Position numbers and translations under genes: made by a program. A stretch of DNA of 64,000 bases from Anthoceros angustus (lineage: Eukaryota > Plantae > Anthocerotophyta), in the NCBI GenBank assembly GCA_010909165.1, contig MU008162.1, positions 310,001-374,000 of the forward strand, in the 5' to 3' direction. A model generated the notes under the pieces. That model ran no database searches. It was not told the origin of the DNA and saw only the letters and a program-made list of their open reading frames with translations. Below are positions 1 to 12,903 of this stretch, in pieces (within the stretch, counting starts at the first letter, position 1; each line of letters opens with the position of its first letter).

Positions 1-310
1 GACTCTTCTTCGTATTGTCTAAGAGTTCCAAATTATTGCAAACAAGCATCAGATCATGCATATAGACTATAATGATCATCATGGACTCTCCCACTCTCTT
101 CAAATAGATGTTCCAACTTTCTTGAAATCTCTCGCTTGGAAGAACTTGTCAATCTTAACATACAAGGTAAGTGCAAATTGCTTATTAATAAAGCCATAGA
201 TTGCCTTTAGCAATTTACATACCTCATTTTCCCGCCCTTACGCTTCATATCCTTCTGGCTGGTTCATGTAGATCTCTTCTTCCAAATCTCGATTTGGACA
301 TCCATGTGAT
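1..310 (-). mobile_element. Ty1/Copia reverse transcriptase remnant running off the window edge
   Basis: Minus-strand translation gives HMDV...LEEEIYMNQPEGYE...EVCKLLKAIYG..KQ with stops and frameshifts. Confidence 0.8.
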
Positions 311-2863
311 GTATATACCATGACTGATTTCATAACCATATGAAGGGAGGTTGCGGTCTATGTGCTCATATATGATGGTCGTTGTATGGGTCTTGCAGTA
401 TTACCCTTTGGAGATAGCGTATGTCAAGTTCTCTTTAGACTCTCAGCTCATGGACCTACTTCCGAACAAGTGCTGAGCGAACATACTTTCATTCTCCCCC
501 CTCCTAAGCAACTGAGAACACATTGCTAGACAAGAATCAGATGTAGGTGAGTTTGCTGCCCTGAGTATCTGTAAGAGATTGCAATGTTTGTCCACCTGAA
601 GTATGCAAGGGACATTAATATGTGATGGTGTGCCTTGCAGCCAAGAAGTTAGAGCAAGCTGAAAGCCAACTACCACCTTCAGGGCGCATGGGTAGCTTCT
701 TCACCGCTAAATCGTAAAATGCTGTGTCATCGTGCAGTCTTCTTGTACACATAAACATTCATATAGAAGTAATGTTAGTTGAGCTTGATCAGGTGAGAGT
801 GTGATGCACCTTTAGAAATCTACTACCGGAACTGAACGCCTTTTCTTCTAGCACTTGTGTTCAATCTGATCGGAGAAGCGGGGAGAGGGAGGGACCTTTG
901 CACGGTTTGCACCCTCAAGCATCATCTTGGTTGGCCAGCTTGTTGGCACGCAGACCAGATATACGGTGTAGGTGGCACACTCTTGAACATGTAACCCCAA
1001 ACCCCAGCCATCAATTTGCACACATGATGGCAAGCCGTTGCATCTGTATTCATCGAACAGGAGCGAACATCGAGGGCCTTCGTATGGGAGCCTGAGATAT
1101 CCAACAAAAATGTGCATGTGTGTTCTAGGTGAACATAAACATGTGTATATGTGTGAGAAAAACCCTAAACAGTAGGAAAAAAACCTGGATGACAACATCC
1201 GAACACCTGAGCCCAAGTTGTGAGACATTTGTACCGCATACGGCCTGTCATGCGATGATGTGGCCCGTGTAAGACGAAAGAATCTTGAAGATGCCGAGGC
1301 ATCTAAGTGTAGAATACTGGCAAAGAAAAAGTTGTCACACACAAGCTGCCTGACTTCAGTATTCCATAGATATTCTCTAAAAGATACATGAGTTTCTAGA
1401 AGATGTACAAAGTTTGTTAGTTTTAGAGCACTCTTCATAGCCTATCATATTTAGGGTCGTCATAATTTATTTTAATATATTGTACTAAATTATTTCTAAC
1501 AAATGAAACGGCTGCTATGTTTGCCCTGAACGACCATGGTTTCCAAGCAATGGTGGCCGGTGCTGTGGGCTGAAACCTGGCATACCCTATGGGTCAATCG
1601 GACCAAGGTGGTCTACGCAGGAGAGAAACCCAACCACACAAGAAATGATGTCTTTGATCTACGAACTAAACCACATTGTACACGTAGACTGCTTGATGGC
1701 ATCACCTCCATATGCATCTCTTCCATGGCTGGCAATGAGAGAGGCTCTCCCTGCCCGAGGACTGAGAAAGGCTCATTCATCGGGCAGTCGTCACTAATTC
1801 GATCGTTTGTCACAATTCATGCTTCACAATCCGCGTGTCACAGTCTGTGCTTCACAATCCGCGCTCCTAGCTCCAGTGGATTGCTCGCTGGAGAGCACTT
1901 GCAACCATGGACTCGCTCCTGTAATCCATGTGGGGGAGCTCTGGGGAGCCACATGCAGCAGCTGCTATTGAGCAGGATGGCGGAGCTCGTCGAGGCTGTG
2001 GAAACTAGAGAGGAAGGCGTCCCCAGTGGAGTGGTCTGCCGCAGCTGAGTTTTGGAGACCATCAGGTCGATGCGCCTTCCGGCAGCCAGTTGATGCTTGC
2101 GGCCGTTGCAAGGCATGGCGGGAATTGCTCTTCTCAACACTGCGTCCGACTGCTTGCTGCTGTGGCGCTTTCGGGGGAGGCTCCGATCGGCACTCTAGAG
2201 TTGCAGCTATGAGATGATGGTCGTTGCATGCGGTGGCCTTGTGATCTGCCAAATTTCAGCAGTAGTGCCTTGGTTCGCATCTCGACTGTGGATCGGGATC
2301 TGGCAAACTGGTTGGAGGACGGTCCGCAGAGCAGCACGGACGATATGATATCGACCATACCCTAGCTTGGGCCTGTTGGCCTGTTGGCTCAATTTCATGA
2401 GTTGTTTGGCTCAATCCGGACTTCTGCTGCAGCATGTAGCTTGTGCTTCCTTCCGGCTAAGCGGGATCCCTTGCCTGTAATGGGCTGCCAGTTGCGTGTG
2501 GTCTTGAAATTGGAGAAAGTTTGCTACAGTGGGTCCAGGAGAGTCCGCCGGTTTTCCGCTTCCTCCTCTCATTTGCCACATGGTGACCAGTATCAGGGTC
2601 ATGAAAATAGCAAGGAAGGAATAACATCTCGTCCGGGGCTGTTATACATTCCTATATATTTGTCCCAGGTGCTCGGCACTGTGCTCTTCTCACTGTTTCT
2701 ACGTGGCCATAACATTGCACATCTGATCATCGTGTATTGTTGCCAAGTCGAGCTATGGCTTGGGCAAGAATTCAAGCTTTGGTGTCTTTGTGTGTTATGA
2801 CTAACTCTTATCTGCCAGGGCTGGTATGTAGGTGACACGTAGAGATTTGGAGGAGGTGGAGAG

Positions 2864-4430
2864 ATGAGGGCGTTTGTGACGGGGGCATCTGGATTCATTG
2901 GCAGGGAGTTGGTGAAATACCTTGTAGGCGATCATGGCGACACTGTGGTGGTCCTTTCCTCTTCCGAGAAAGCAGATGCTGTCATACGGGAAGCTGTTGC
3001 GGAGGTTGCCCCAAAATCTGCTGCATTCCTGCCCCTGGTGGATGACTACGTCGAAGTCCTTCGAGGCGACGTGAACGATCCCCCGGAGTTGCTTATCCAA
3101 GGCACTTTTGCATTTGCTTTCAGCCTGTTCTCAAGATTGCAAAGTGGTTTTGATTCCCCTGCTGCATCGTTTGAGCTAGCGTAAGGACTGTGTGCGTTCA
3201 GGAATGAGGGGATGCGATGTTTTGTATCACCTTCTGGCAGTAGATTCGTGGGACCTGTCTTTTAGGGACGTAGTGGAAGGCACTCACAAGTTGATTGAAG
3301 CAGCAAAAGTAAGAAGTGGACCGCCTTCGTTCTGGATCATGATTCTATCTGGGGTTGAGATGAAGAGTGACAGCAGCTGCAGATGTGCTAAGACTTCCCA
3401 CTCTTGCTCACTGCCGTTGTCTGATCCAAGCAGGCTGCAAATGTTCCCAGATTTGTACACGTCTCCTCAATTGCAGTGTTCCAGCGTCCAAGAAAGGTTA
3501 AGGTTGGGGTTGTAGATGCTGAAGAAGACGATCCCAGAAATCCTGCACCCTTTCTCCACTACGCAACAGCCAGTTCAATTGCAGAGGACATTGCTTTGGC
3601 GGCTGCCACTGGCTCTTTCTGGACAGCTTGTGTCAGGTAATTCAACACACATCTCTAGCTAGGTGGGGAGTTTGAAGAGCAGACGAAGAAATTATGTCTC
3701 ATCCGTCCACACATCCAGGATACCTTTGGTTCACGGGCCACACGATGGTGTCCTGCTCGATTTTCTGCGAAATGCTATGGCTAGCAAGAAGTGGCAGTTC
3801 GCCAAACCCGATGACTTGCGAGTTTCAATTCTGTCTGTTCGTAATCTTGCGGTGGGCCTCCGCCTCACTGCTGTCAAAGGCCGCTCTAGGCAAGCTTACC
3901 ACTTCCAAGACAGTGAGTCCCTGCCATCTTTGTGGTTGCCATCTTGCAAAACAAATGCTGCGTTTAACATTGTCGCAAATTGAGGATGAGAATTGACTCT
4001 TGCACCTTGGGCAGGGGAGTCGCCGATGCTGGCCCGAACATTTTTCTCAAGATATGCGCAGTGCATGCCAGACCTGAAAGTACCCACATCCGAGGGAGTG
4101 CTTCCTGACGCTCGATGGAAATTGGCCAAAGTGATTGAAAAACTGCCTCCCCGCTTTGCGTCCTTCTGGAAAGGGAGGTATTGGAGTCGACAGGTTTTGG
4201 CTCTCGTCTGCTGTAACCTCACTTTCAGCAGTGCCAAAACAACAAAGGAGCTGGGATACGAGCCTGTGACATCCTTCGAGCAAAGCATGAAACAAACAGC
4301 TGTTTGGGCCTCCCAGTTCCAGGACCAGGATGAGAACCTGAACCAGACGCAGTTCCGGTCCCTGTCCCGGTCCCTGTCCCGGTCCCAGACCCGTGGGAGA
4401 GGGAAGGTAGCTCTAGCATTTGACAGGTAG
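2864..4430 (+). CDS. Extended SDR / NAD-dependent epimerase-dehydratase (3-beta-HSD-like), 5 exons: 2864-3101, 3202-3308, 3434-3636, 3719-3912, 4015-4430
   Basis: Rossmann motif MRAFVTGASGFIG, GCDVLYHL, RFVHVSS, R-IPLVHGP and SSAKTTKELGYEP. Exons join in frame, with intron 1 requiring a GC donor. Confidence 0.85.
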
Positions 4431-4686
4431 AGTTGTTTACCAGCCAGGGATTTTCAAATCTGTACGTGTAACCGTGCTACTCTGTCTTCCTTTCTCTACG
4501 TGTTCTGTCAGGACTGTGAGGTCCTGGAGCATTAACTTGGAGATAGTGACATGACCGCATTTTGAAGATGCCGTGCCAGCTTGATGTAAGACTTCTGCGT
4601 GCCTTTCTCGAAATTGAAAGCGGAATCTCATTCTAAGCATGTAAGGCTGCTTGTGAGTAAGCAGCATTGCTGGGATTGTGACCAAC

Positions 4687-6068
4687 ATGGCCGCTTACCT
4701 CACCTTGTTCACCTTGCGCACTATTTTGCTCTCGCTCCTGCTGCAAATCCTCCTGACAGCTTCTAATGGTGAAAGTTTGCTACAAATTCTGGAAGAGCTT
4801 TAAAATTGCTCAGATTCTGATCATTCCTGAAAGTGACATCTGGAGATTCTGCTGACGACCACCGTTGCTTTGTGTTTTGTAGCATGCAGAGACCCAAGGC
4901 GACTTCAGCAAGGGGACGTCGTCTTCAGCTACAATCAGAGCGACCCATCGGGGCCTTTGTATTGGGGGAGCCTCAATTGGCCCAACTGGGTGACATGCGG
5001 AACAGGCACAGCGCAGTCCCCTATTGCGCTCGTCAGTGACAGCCAAGCATTTGCAGGGAGCGGGAACGGGAGCGATCTGGGCCCTTTGAATTTCCAGTAT
5101 CAATCTGCTCCCCAGAGGGCCACGCTGCTGAGGAGTCACCAAGCAATTGAGGTTGAATATCAAGGAAGCCACCAGTTCTGCATTCAATGCTTTGTTACCT
5201 TGACTGTCAGCTGGCTGGCTGCAGGTGGATGTGCAGGAAGGCTGGGGTCTGATCCGAGTGGAGAATGTCTCCTACCACTTTAGCAACTTCCACTTCCACT
5301 CCCCGAGCGAGCACACAATCGACAACGTCAGGTAATCCAAACTCTTGTGCTAACTTTCCAACAACCAGTTGTATGTAAGCGTCATCTCCCCTAGCCTGCT
5401 TTGAATGCATGCCGAAGGTCAGGAATATATCGTACAGTAGACCCCCGAGGTCCAAAGTTCGAACTGCCTAGTGATTGTAAATGTCTGTTTCACCAGGTCC
5501 GCTTTGGAACTGCACATCGTCCACAAGAACCAAGCTGTCGGCAGGATTGCAGTCCTGAGCATTCTCTTCGACGTCGGACGAAAACACAGCCACTTCTTCA
5601 GGCAGGTGAGTCGTGAGTGATTGCACACACTTTTTCCTTTCTGTGGGCTTATAAAACGTGGAGTTGCAGAGTATGGCCACTGACTGGGCCATGTCCTGCC
5701 CACAGTTTTGGGCCCATCTTCCCGGTGTGAGACAATCCTCCAACAGCAGCAGTGATGCGAAGGTAAGCATCAAGGGATTGGACATCCAGAAGAAGTCCAA
5801 GTACTGGCGCTACCAGGGCTCCCTCACCACCCCACCTTGCTCAGAAGGTGTCACTTGGACTGTCATGAAAGAAGTGGAAACTATGAGCAGAAAACAGATG
5901 AGGCAATTCCAAGCGGCGTCCCCGGTATGTGTGCATCTTCAGGTTTGCTAGTGGGTTTACAATGCAAATGACGTGGAGGCTGATGCTCACTTTGGCGGAT
6001 TGCAGAAGCGCAATTCCAGACCGCTGCAGAAATTAAACGGCCGGCAGATCTCCAGTTACGACAATTAA
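4687..6068 (+). CDS. Secreted alpha-carbonic anhydrase, copy 1 (exons 4687-4768, 4883-5151, 5225-5331, 5497-5605, 5706-5924, 6006-6068)
   Basis: Hydrophobic N-terminal signal, [44 protein letters not shown] and NSRPLQ-LNGR. All introns are GT-AG and in frame. Confidence 0.95.
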
Positions 6069-6140
6069 GACGCCGATAGTAGCTCGCTAGACAGGACTCC
6101 AAAATTTTTCTTCCGTTCAGTCTTTCATGCACGAGAAGGC

Positions 6141-9100
6141 TCAGAAGCCAAAGGCAGCACGCTGAATGAAGTCAGGCCGCTTCTTCTTAGGAAACCGCAC
6201 CATCCCCACAAGTTGAAGCTCTGCAGCAGCTTTGGAGAACCTTGCTCTGTTTTGAGCACGTTAAGATAAACCCGCACCAGGAGAAACAAAAATTGCACAT
6301 CCAAGAAACACCTGGAAAGGAAAGGATGGATACTGGATGACGGCATTGCTGACAGGAGGCGTAGGTTGTGAAATCGGGGGCGCGGGTATGGGATTCTTCC
6401 GGGGCCGTCCCCTCTTTCTCTTGGGTGGCGATGATGCGTGAACTGCTGGCGCGCTACTGGACAAGACTGTGGCAAACGACTGGTACCAGTCGTGAACGTT
6501 GATATGGTCGGGATGCTCCTGAGCCAATGAAAACCTGCCAGCACGGAACACGAATGATGAGGAGCCACCGTTCGCTGTGAGGCCTGGACTCGATTCGGAA
6601 CAGGTTCCACTCACCCTAGGCAGGCATCCGGACTTGTGTCGCAGTGGGATGTGGTAGGGGCACAGCATCCACACTGCAGGCGAGCCTGCGGATGGGCCAA
6701 GTCGGATTGAACTTTTCGACGGATCTCCCCGATCAGTGCCTGGAAGGCAAGCAATCAAGAGTGGTGAGATGGCAGAAGTTAACTGCCTGACATGCATGCT
6801 GCCCAGTACGGCTTTCTTCCAAGGTACCTGCTTGAGGAATTCATGCCCCTTGAAGCAGACCACCTCATGCAGAGGTAGTGATTCCACTGGAACCAAGTAT
6901 TTCCTGCAAAGTCACCACGGTTGCATTGTGGTGAACACGAGCATACCTGACATAGAGAGAGCGCATCGTAGCCAAAGGATTTCAGTCCGCGAAAATCTTG
7001 CTAGGGGATGGTGGATCACACTTACTCGACTACATGTTCGAGAAACTCTGCAGCTGAGGCGCCAGCCGAGTTTGCCACTGGCTTCTTGGCAGCAATGTTC
7101 ATTTGTTTCACCATGCTGTAGTAGGGGGGCGGACAAGGTTTGTGATTTCAGCCCAACACACAATACCGGTATGCCAGACACGTCAAGTCCAGGCACTAGA
7201 CACATGCCATATCACATGACACCAGAGAGTACACTCACTTTCTGAGTTGAGAGCGATTCATCCCAGCCTGAAGGGTTGCTGCTGGGACTGCTTCTTGAAG
7301 AGGTATCTTGTCTCCGTCTAGGATTCTGGACCTCAAGGCAGAAACTTGGTCATCTAGCTGAAAGTTTTAAGAAGGCGCAGATTCAGAGTCATTAGAGTGC
7401 AGCATTTGCAGGACAAAATTAGGACGACGTGCAAGAAAGCAGTTGCGTTTGCCAACCTCCTTCACGTGGCCCGTTATACATTTCCACTCGTCCACCAGGC
7501 TTGTGAGGATTGGCAGTGCTAAACCCCTGATGCCATTACACAAGTCAAGGCAACGACACCACGCAGCAAAACCTCTTAGCTGCGATTGAAATATGATCAG
7601 ATCTGACAAAAGTGAAACCTTCACACAAATCGTAATACTCACTTCACTTTAGATATTATGTCAAGGAACTGGTTTGGGGATGGTTGCAAGGCTTTGCAAA
7701 ATAGATCAATGAAAGCATAGCCAACTTGTTTCCCAGCACATTGGAGACACTGCAAGCAACAGAACACAGAACACAAAGATTCCAAGTCTGTGAATTTGTG
7801 CTCCTCATAATGTACACCATGGCTCTCTCCAACTCGCGACTCAATACAAGAAGTTCGAGGAGACAAAGCAAAAGCTATAGTTGACTTACTAGCAGTGCCA
7901 TGCACCAGTTCTTTTTACGGCGTCTCAGCTCCCATAAGGAATTGGCAATCTCTGTGCTGGAGACATCGGTGTTTCTGCTGCTGAAGTGGCAGACGAGGCC
8001 AAATTAAGCATAATCCTTCACTGAGAAAGTCGACAATCCTGTTAAACGATTGCCTTCATGAAGATGTACTTTACTTGCTTAGCCTCTACACAAGACAGGA
8101 TTCAATGGAATCTCATGAGATAAGGAAGTAGCCTACACAAACCTTTGCATCGAAGAAAGTGACATCACATACTGGATGTGTACATCTTTCAGGGACGAGC
8201 AGTGTTCTTCAAACTCGGCCTGTCGTTTGATAACCATTGCAAATATTACATTACTTGGCGAAAATGACCAAACAGGCTTCTGACAATGGATAGTCACCAC
8301 TGCGCATCACAGAGGGACAGACGTGTACAGTACCTGGCTTTCGGCGTTAAAAAGTTTGGAACACAGAAAACTCAGTGGCTCTCTACAGAAGTGCTCAACA
8401 CATGCAACCTGCATGAACCACCCCACAACTCTCCTGCTTAAGAGGTTCTAGAACTTGAACAGAAGGCTATAAGATGGTCAGAGCAGATGGGACTCAACCA
8501 TTTATCTTGCCTTTCAAATGGATCCAGCCACCAAGAGTAAAGGACTGCACAATAGGACTGCATCTTGTGCACCAGGAATTGACTGACCTTCAGTGAGCGT
8601 AGAAGAAAGGAGACTGTAAGATCGTGTGTTGAAAAATATGTTTGCATGAAATCTGCTACGCGCTGTCCAACTTCAAAGCCAAAGAATGACTCCACCAAAG
8701 TGGCCCTGACCACTGCTTCAAGTCGATCAGCGGGAGATCTCAAGCTGAATTTACAAGGCTTGAGTCGCTCCAAGGCACTTGCTGGCAACGACTTTCGTAG
8801 GGAATCTGCTGTCGTTGCCAATCCCATTATCAGAATAATTGGGAGCTCCCCAATCCATTCACTGTGAACGTCACGGCCAGTAATGTTACTCCACACCACA
8901 CCATAGACATAGAAAACACATTCATCGACAGCTGTGTCAAGATCATCCACAGCTGTGTCAAGGTCATCGACGCCAATAAAAGAAGAGGCCAAAGTAGCAA
9001 CCAACCAGGATGTCAGTGTAAGTCAAAAATAAACTCATAACAACATGCTCCTGACCCACCTGAGAGCAACAATCAAATCTGCCAGAACACTTGATTTGGA

Positions 9101-10386
9101 AGACTCTGCTGCCTCAATCATAATGACAAGGGGAAAGGCTTGATTGGCTGGCTCCCGATGCCATGCAGCCAAAATCTCCAAATCAGTGGTCTGGTAGAGC
9201 AGGCATTGCACATGAGCCTATAGAACCTTGCAAGCTGTGAAAGCAACAGCTTCAGATGTTAAGGCCCTTACATCTGGGTCGATACCTACAAACTGCCTCA
9301 ACAGGCAGCAAAGCGGCCCAGAAACACCTGCTCTGCAGAGAAAGTCTGAAGGTGTCAGACTTGCCACATGACACTTGGCCTCCTTCAGCTGTGCTGCCAG
9401 GTCTTTGAATGTCCTTGCATGATCAGAGGCATCGACACCACCTGCAATGTCCACTTAAGATAAGCAAGAGCCATCCTCCCTAAAGACGACAACGTGGACT
9501 ATCACGTCTGTAAAATGCTGCGATCCTCATGCGTGTGTACATACACACACATACCAAGAAACAAGAGGCCTGTATGAAGCTGCTGATTGACACCTTCCCC
9601 GCTTACGGGCCACGTCTGGACTTCCCCACCGGCAACAGATGCCGAGGAGCTGTAGAGCTCTAGCTGTTTGCTGCATGCGTGAACCCCCCATATCCATTGC
9701 CGTATGCTGTCGAAAACGCTCCTATTTTGCTCTTCCTGGGCATACTGCCATCACCCCACGAGCTAATCACTACTAGCACCCTCATTCCAGTCTGTGCCCA
9801 GTACTGCCTAAAGGTGCCATGACCCAGCCAACAAACAACCATCCCAACTAGCACCCAGAAGTACCTTGATGGACTCCTCAACGCAAGCCCAGACATCAGA
9901 AAACGCCTGTGCACGCCACAGCCTGCATTCGGCAGGTTCCCCTGGTAAACACTCACGTAACTCTGAACATTGTTCGTCAGGCTCCTCTTCTTCATCAGAA
10001 CCGCTGCCCACTGCGCTTTCCTCTGCTTCTGAAGCCTCCTCCCCAACTTCTTCAGCCTCCTGCATCCGTGCCATGCTTCTCGTCAGCCTGCGACCCTCGT
10101 AACCTTCGGCATGACCAGTTTTCACCCCTTGAGCACAGCTGCCCGTGGCAGCTGCGCCGGAATCAAGCCTGACAACTGCAGCTGGAGCTCTTGCTCCTCC
10201 CGGAGGTCCATGAAGGATATACCAACCCTGCAAACAGCAAACCACGAAAGACGTGAATCCTGGAACCTTCAATAGTCAGCCGAGAATGCCACCAAAATGT
10301 GTTGGAGAACGGCACACCTCCAACTGCTTCTCATCATGCTGTACAGCATCAGAGGATCTCAGTCCATCTCCAACGTACGAAGGCAT
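6141..10386 (-). CDS. ORC3: Origin recognition complex subunit 3 (multi-exon)
   Basis: Exons translate to motifs typical of plant ORC3: LRQFV, EWIGELPIILIMGLAT..LERL..FSL.SPADRLEAV, PVESLPLHEVVCFK, LAQEHPDHINVHDWYQSF and terminal ARFSKAAAELQLVGMVRFPKKKRPDFIQRAAFGF* (stop 6141-6143). The start at 10386 (MPSYVGD..) is inferred. Confidence 0.93.
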
Positions 10387-10462
10387 AGTGCGGTTCCCGC
10401 AACGGATGTCGCTCCTGCCCACCTTCACATTTCACGTTTGGATTCTCATCGTCCAAGCCGTA

Positions 10463-10470
10463 GCGGGAAA
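10463..10470 (-). promoter_or_regulatory. E2F/DP binding site TTTCCCGC upstream of ORC3
   Basis: Exact E2F consensus ~77 bp upstream of the inferred ORC3 ATG. Replication-licensing genes are established E2F targets. Confidence 0.65.
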
Positions 10471-11189
10471 AGTGAACATGGCGCCCTCCCGTAAAGCTGG
10501 GCCTGGGCTGCTAAAATAGAGTTTGTTTTGAGTTTTTCAGAAATCATAGACCTATACGTCACGATACATAACACTGAAAGGGATGGAAGATAACCATATA
10601 CGGAGGAAGACTGTAAAGTCATAATATAAGGAGGAAGACTTTAAAGTCATAATAAAGTAAAGAGTTATGTTGTGAGTACCTATGTTAAGTCATTGGTTTT
10701 AAAGTTGTTTCATATATCTATAATTTTATTCTCGGAAGATAAAAAAAGACCTGTATGCCATAAAAGGTCATGAAGTTATATTATCAATCACCATCTATAA
10801 TATCATACTCACGAAGATGAATGAGACATATTTTAATACCAATGTCATCAAACAAAGAAGACCAAACAACTATGTTTCTGTGCATGTGGTTCAGGGCTAT
10901 GAGTCCCCATCTTAATCGTATTTCTACCGCAAGTTATTTCAGTGTAGAGTTTTGATGACCGCTCTTCTAGATGTCATAATACAAAATAGAAGTATGGTTT
11001 AGTCACTCTTGAAGGGTCGTGGTCTTGAATATCATTTCAATCAACGGAAATAATATATATATATTTTATAATTTAAACAATACATGTCATCCATGGCTAA
11101 ATTGATGTGACGGGAAGTAGTTTAGTGCATGTGTCACCGTGGTGTGTTTCATCTTTCTTCATTTTGCAGGAAGTTGCACTCACAAAATC

Positions 11190-11880
11190 ATTGGCGCCTG
11201 CTCCAGCCTGTGGCTTTTTCGCTTCTTACTTGCGAGTGCGGCTATGCCTTCAATGATTCTGGGGTACACCTTGCTCGTTGTTCCCAAGCAGGTCATCGCA
11301 TTGCCACTCACGACGCCATCCGCGATGTCATGTTCGCCATCTCTCGCGAAAGCGGCTACATGGCCTAGAGGGAGGGGGGTATACTCTCCGTCCAGGTCGT
11401 TCAATCAGGGCTGACCTGTACCTTGTCCGTGGCGACTAGGTTTCGGTGGCGGATGTGGTGGTTACTGATCCCACACGTGACACCATCTTCGCTCAGGTCA
11501 TCACTAACCGCCCAAGTTGGGCTGCTACCAGAGCAGCGGCTCTCAAGGTCCGCAAATATAGCAAGATGTAAGCGGGCCACCTCTTTATTCCGCTTGCACT
11601 AGAAATGTATGGGGCAATGGCTGAGGACTTTGACAAATTTGTCAAGTCCTGTACCAAAGCTTACCATGCGCGCAGATACGGTGCGGGGCTGACCCTCTCG
11701 TACTTCTTAGCATACTTCCGACAACGGGTTTCAATTGCCCTTCAACGAGCGCTCTCAACGGCGATCCTCCACAAGGCAGCGACAATAGGTGACGCATCTT
11801 CCTCTACCTCCGTGGTTTGCAGGCCATTTATTCTTCCTGCATATGACATTGTGGGTGCAGTAGGGGACTTTAGGTAGGGA
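11190..11880 (+). mobile_element. 5'-truncated non-LTR retrotransposon remnant with restriction-like endonuclease (CRE/R2-group)
   Basis: Zn motif CECG..HLARC..HDAIRD, then RADL..ADVVVTDP..KVRKY..FIPLALEMYG..FRQRVSIALQR. Contains in-frame stops. Confidence 0.8.
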
Positions 11881-12903
11881 GCTCAGTTGCTCCTCTCCAC
11901 CTCGACCCCTGGTCCCCTTTGGTTGTCCCCTCGTGCATGGGCTCTTCCCATCGTTTTTTCACCTCGATAAAATCTTTCTCCTTTCAAAGACATTTGAAGG
12001 CAAGGATATATAAGTAGATATAATATTAATATATTTTATATAATCATAGTTACTTACATGCCTTGATAGCTCGAAAACAAGAGACTTGACATGCCTTGAG
12101 ACGATGGGGTCCAATACAATGGGGTTTTTCATGAAAAAAATATTACTAATTTTTATAAAATAAATAATAAATGATCTTCTATGTTATAGATGGTGTTGCT
12201 TTTAATGTTTCGTGCTGCCTAAAGAAAAACAGCAAAGGCCTTCGGTGCTCTCGGCATTAGTTCTTTAAAGAAATTCTTAATAATCTACCTCTTTGATGTT
12301 ACGCCCATCCTAGCATTTAGTGTTGGAAGCTTATTCTAACTTTCAACCACATCCATATAATTTTTCATGTACAAAAAACCTCTGAAACGCTACCGAGAGA
12401 GAATTGAAGATGGGCAATTGGGCGTAGGGGTATGGGCATCGGAAGTCGGAAAGATATACGAACAAGAAGAAGAAGAATTTTATTTAAGTCACTAAGGACG
12501 GATTTCCGTCATGGGACTAAATTGTCATAGAAGGTATTATGAAAAATTAACCGCTATTCTGAATTCCGTACGGCATGGGGTGGTCGACGAGCCCATACGG
12601 AACATCGGACCGGGAGGGCACCCGTTTGGGCGAAAAGTGGGTCCCACTGCTTAGTGGGCGGACTGGCTCATCAACGAGTCAGTCCTCCATGATCTGCACG
12701 TTAGACTGATCCCTCACACTTATCCTCCTAAACCTTCCAAGGCCAAAGTTGATCGTTGATCGGGTCATCAGTCATGGCGGTCATGGTTCATCGGTCTTGG
12801 ACTGACTCATGGGCTCCATCTGCACACGTTCGGGCAGTTGAAAGGATGTTCCTCCTCCTCACACTCACAGTTCACTTCACCCCTGATCCCAAGTCTCAGA
12901 AGC

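Noticed and set aside
320-2860. Several 60-196 aa ORFs upstream of the SDR gene
   Set aside because: No recognisable motifs or consistent exon chain. Likely intergenic or 5' UTR sequence.
8925-8970. 21-bp tandem repeat giving VDDLDTA repeats in ORF 8438-9004
   Set aside because: Lies in an ORC3 intron and is not part of the protein.
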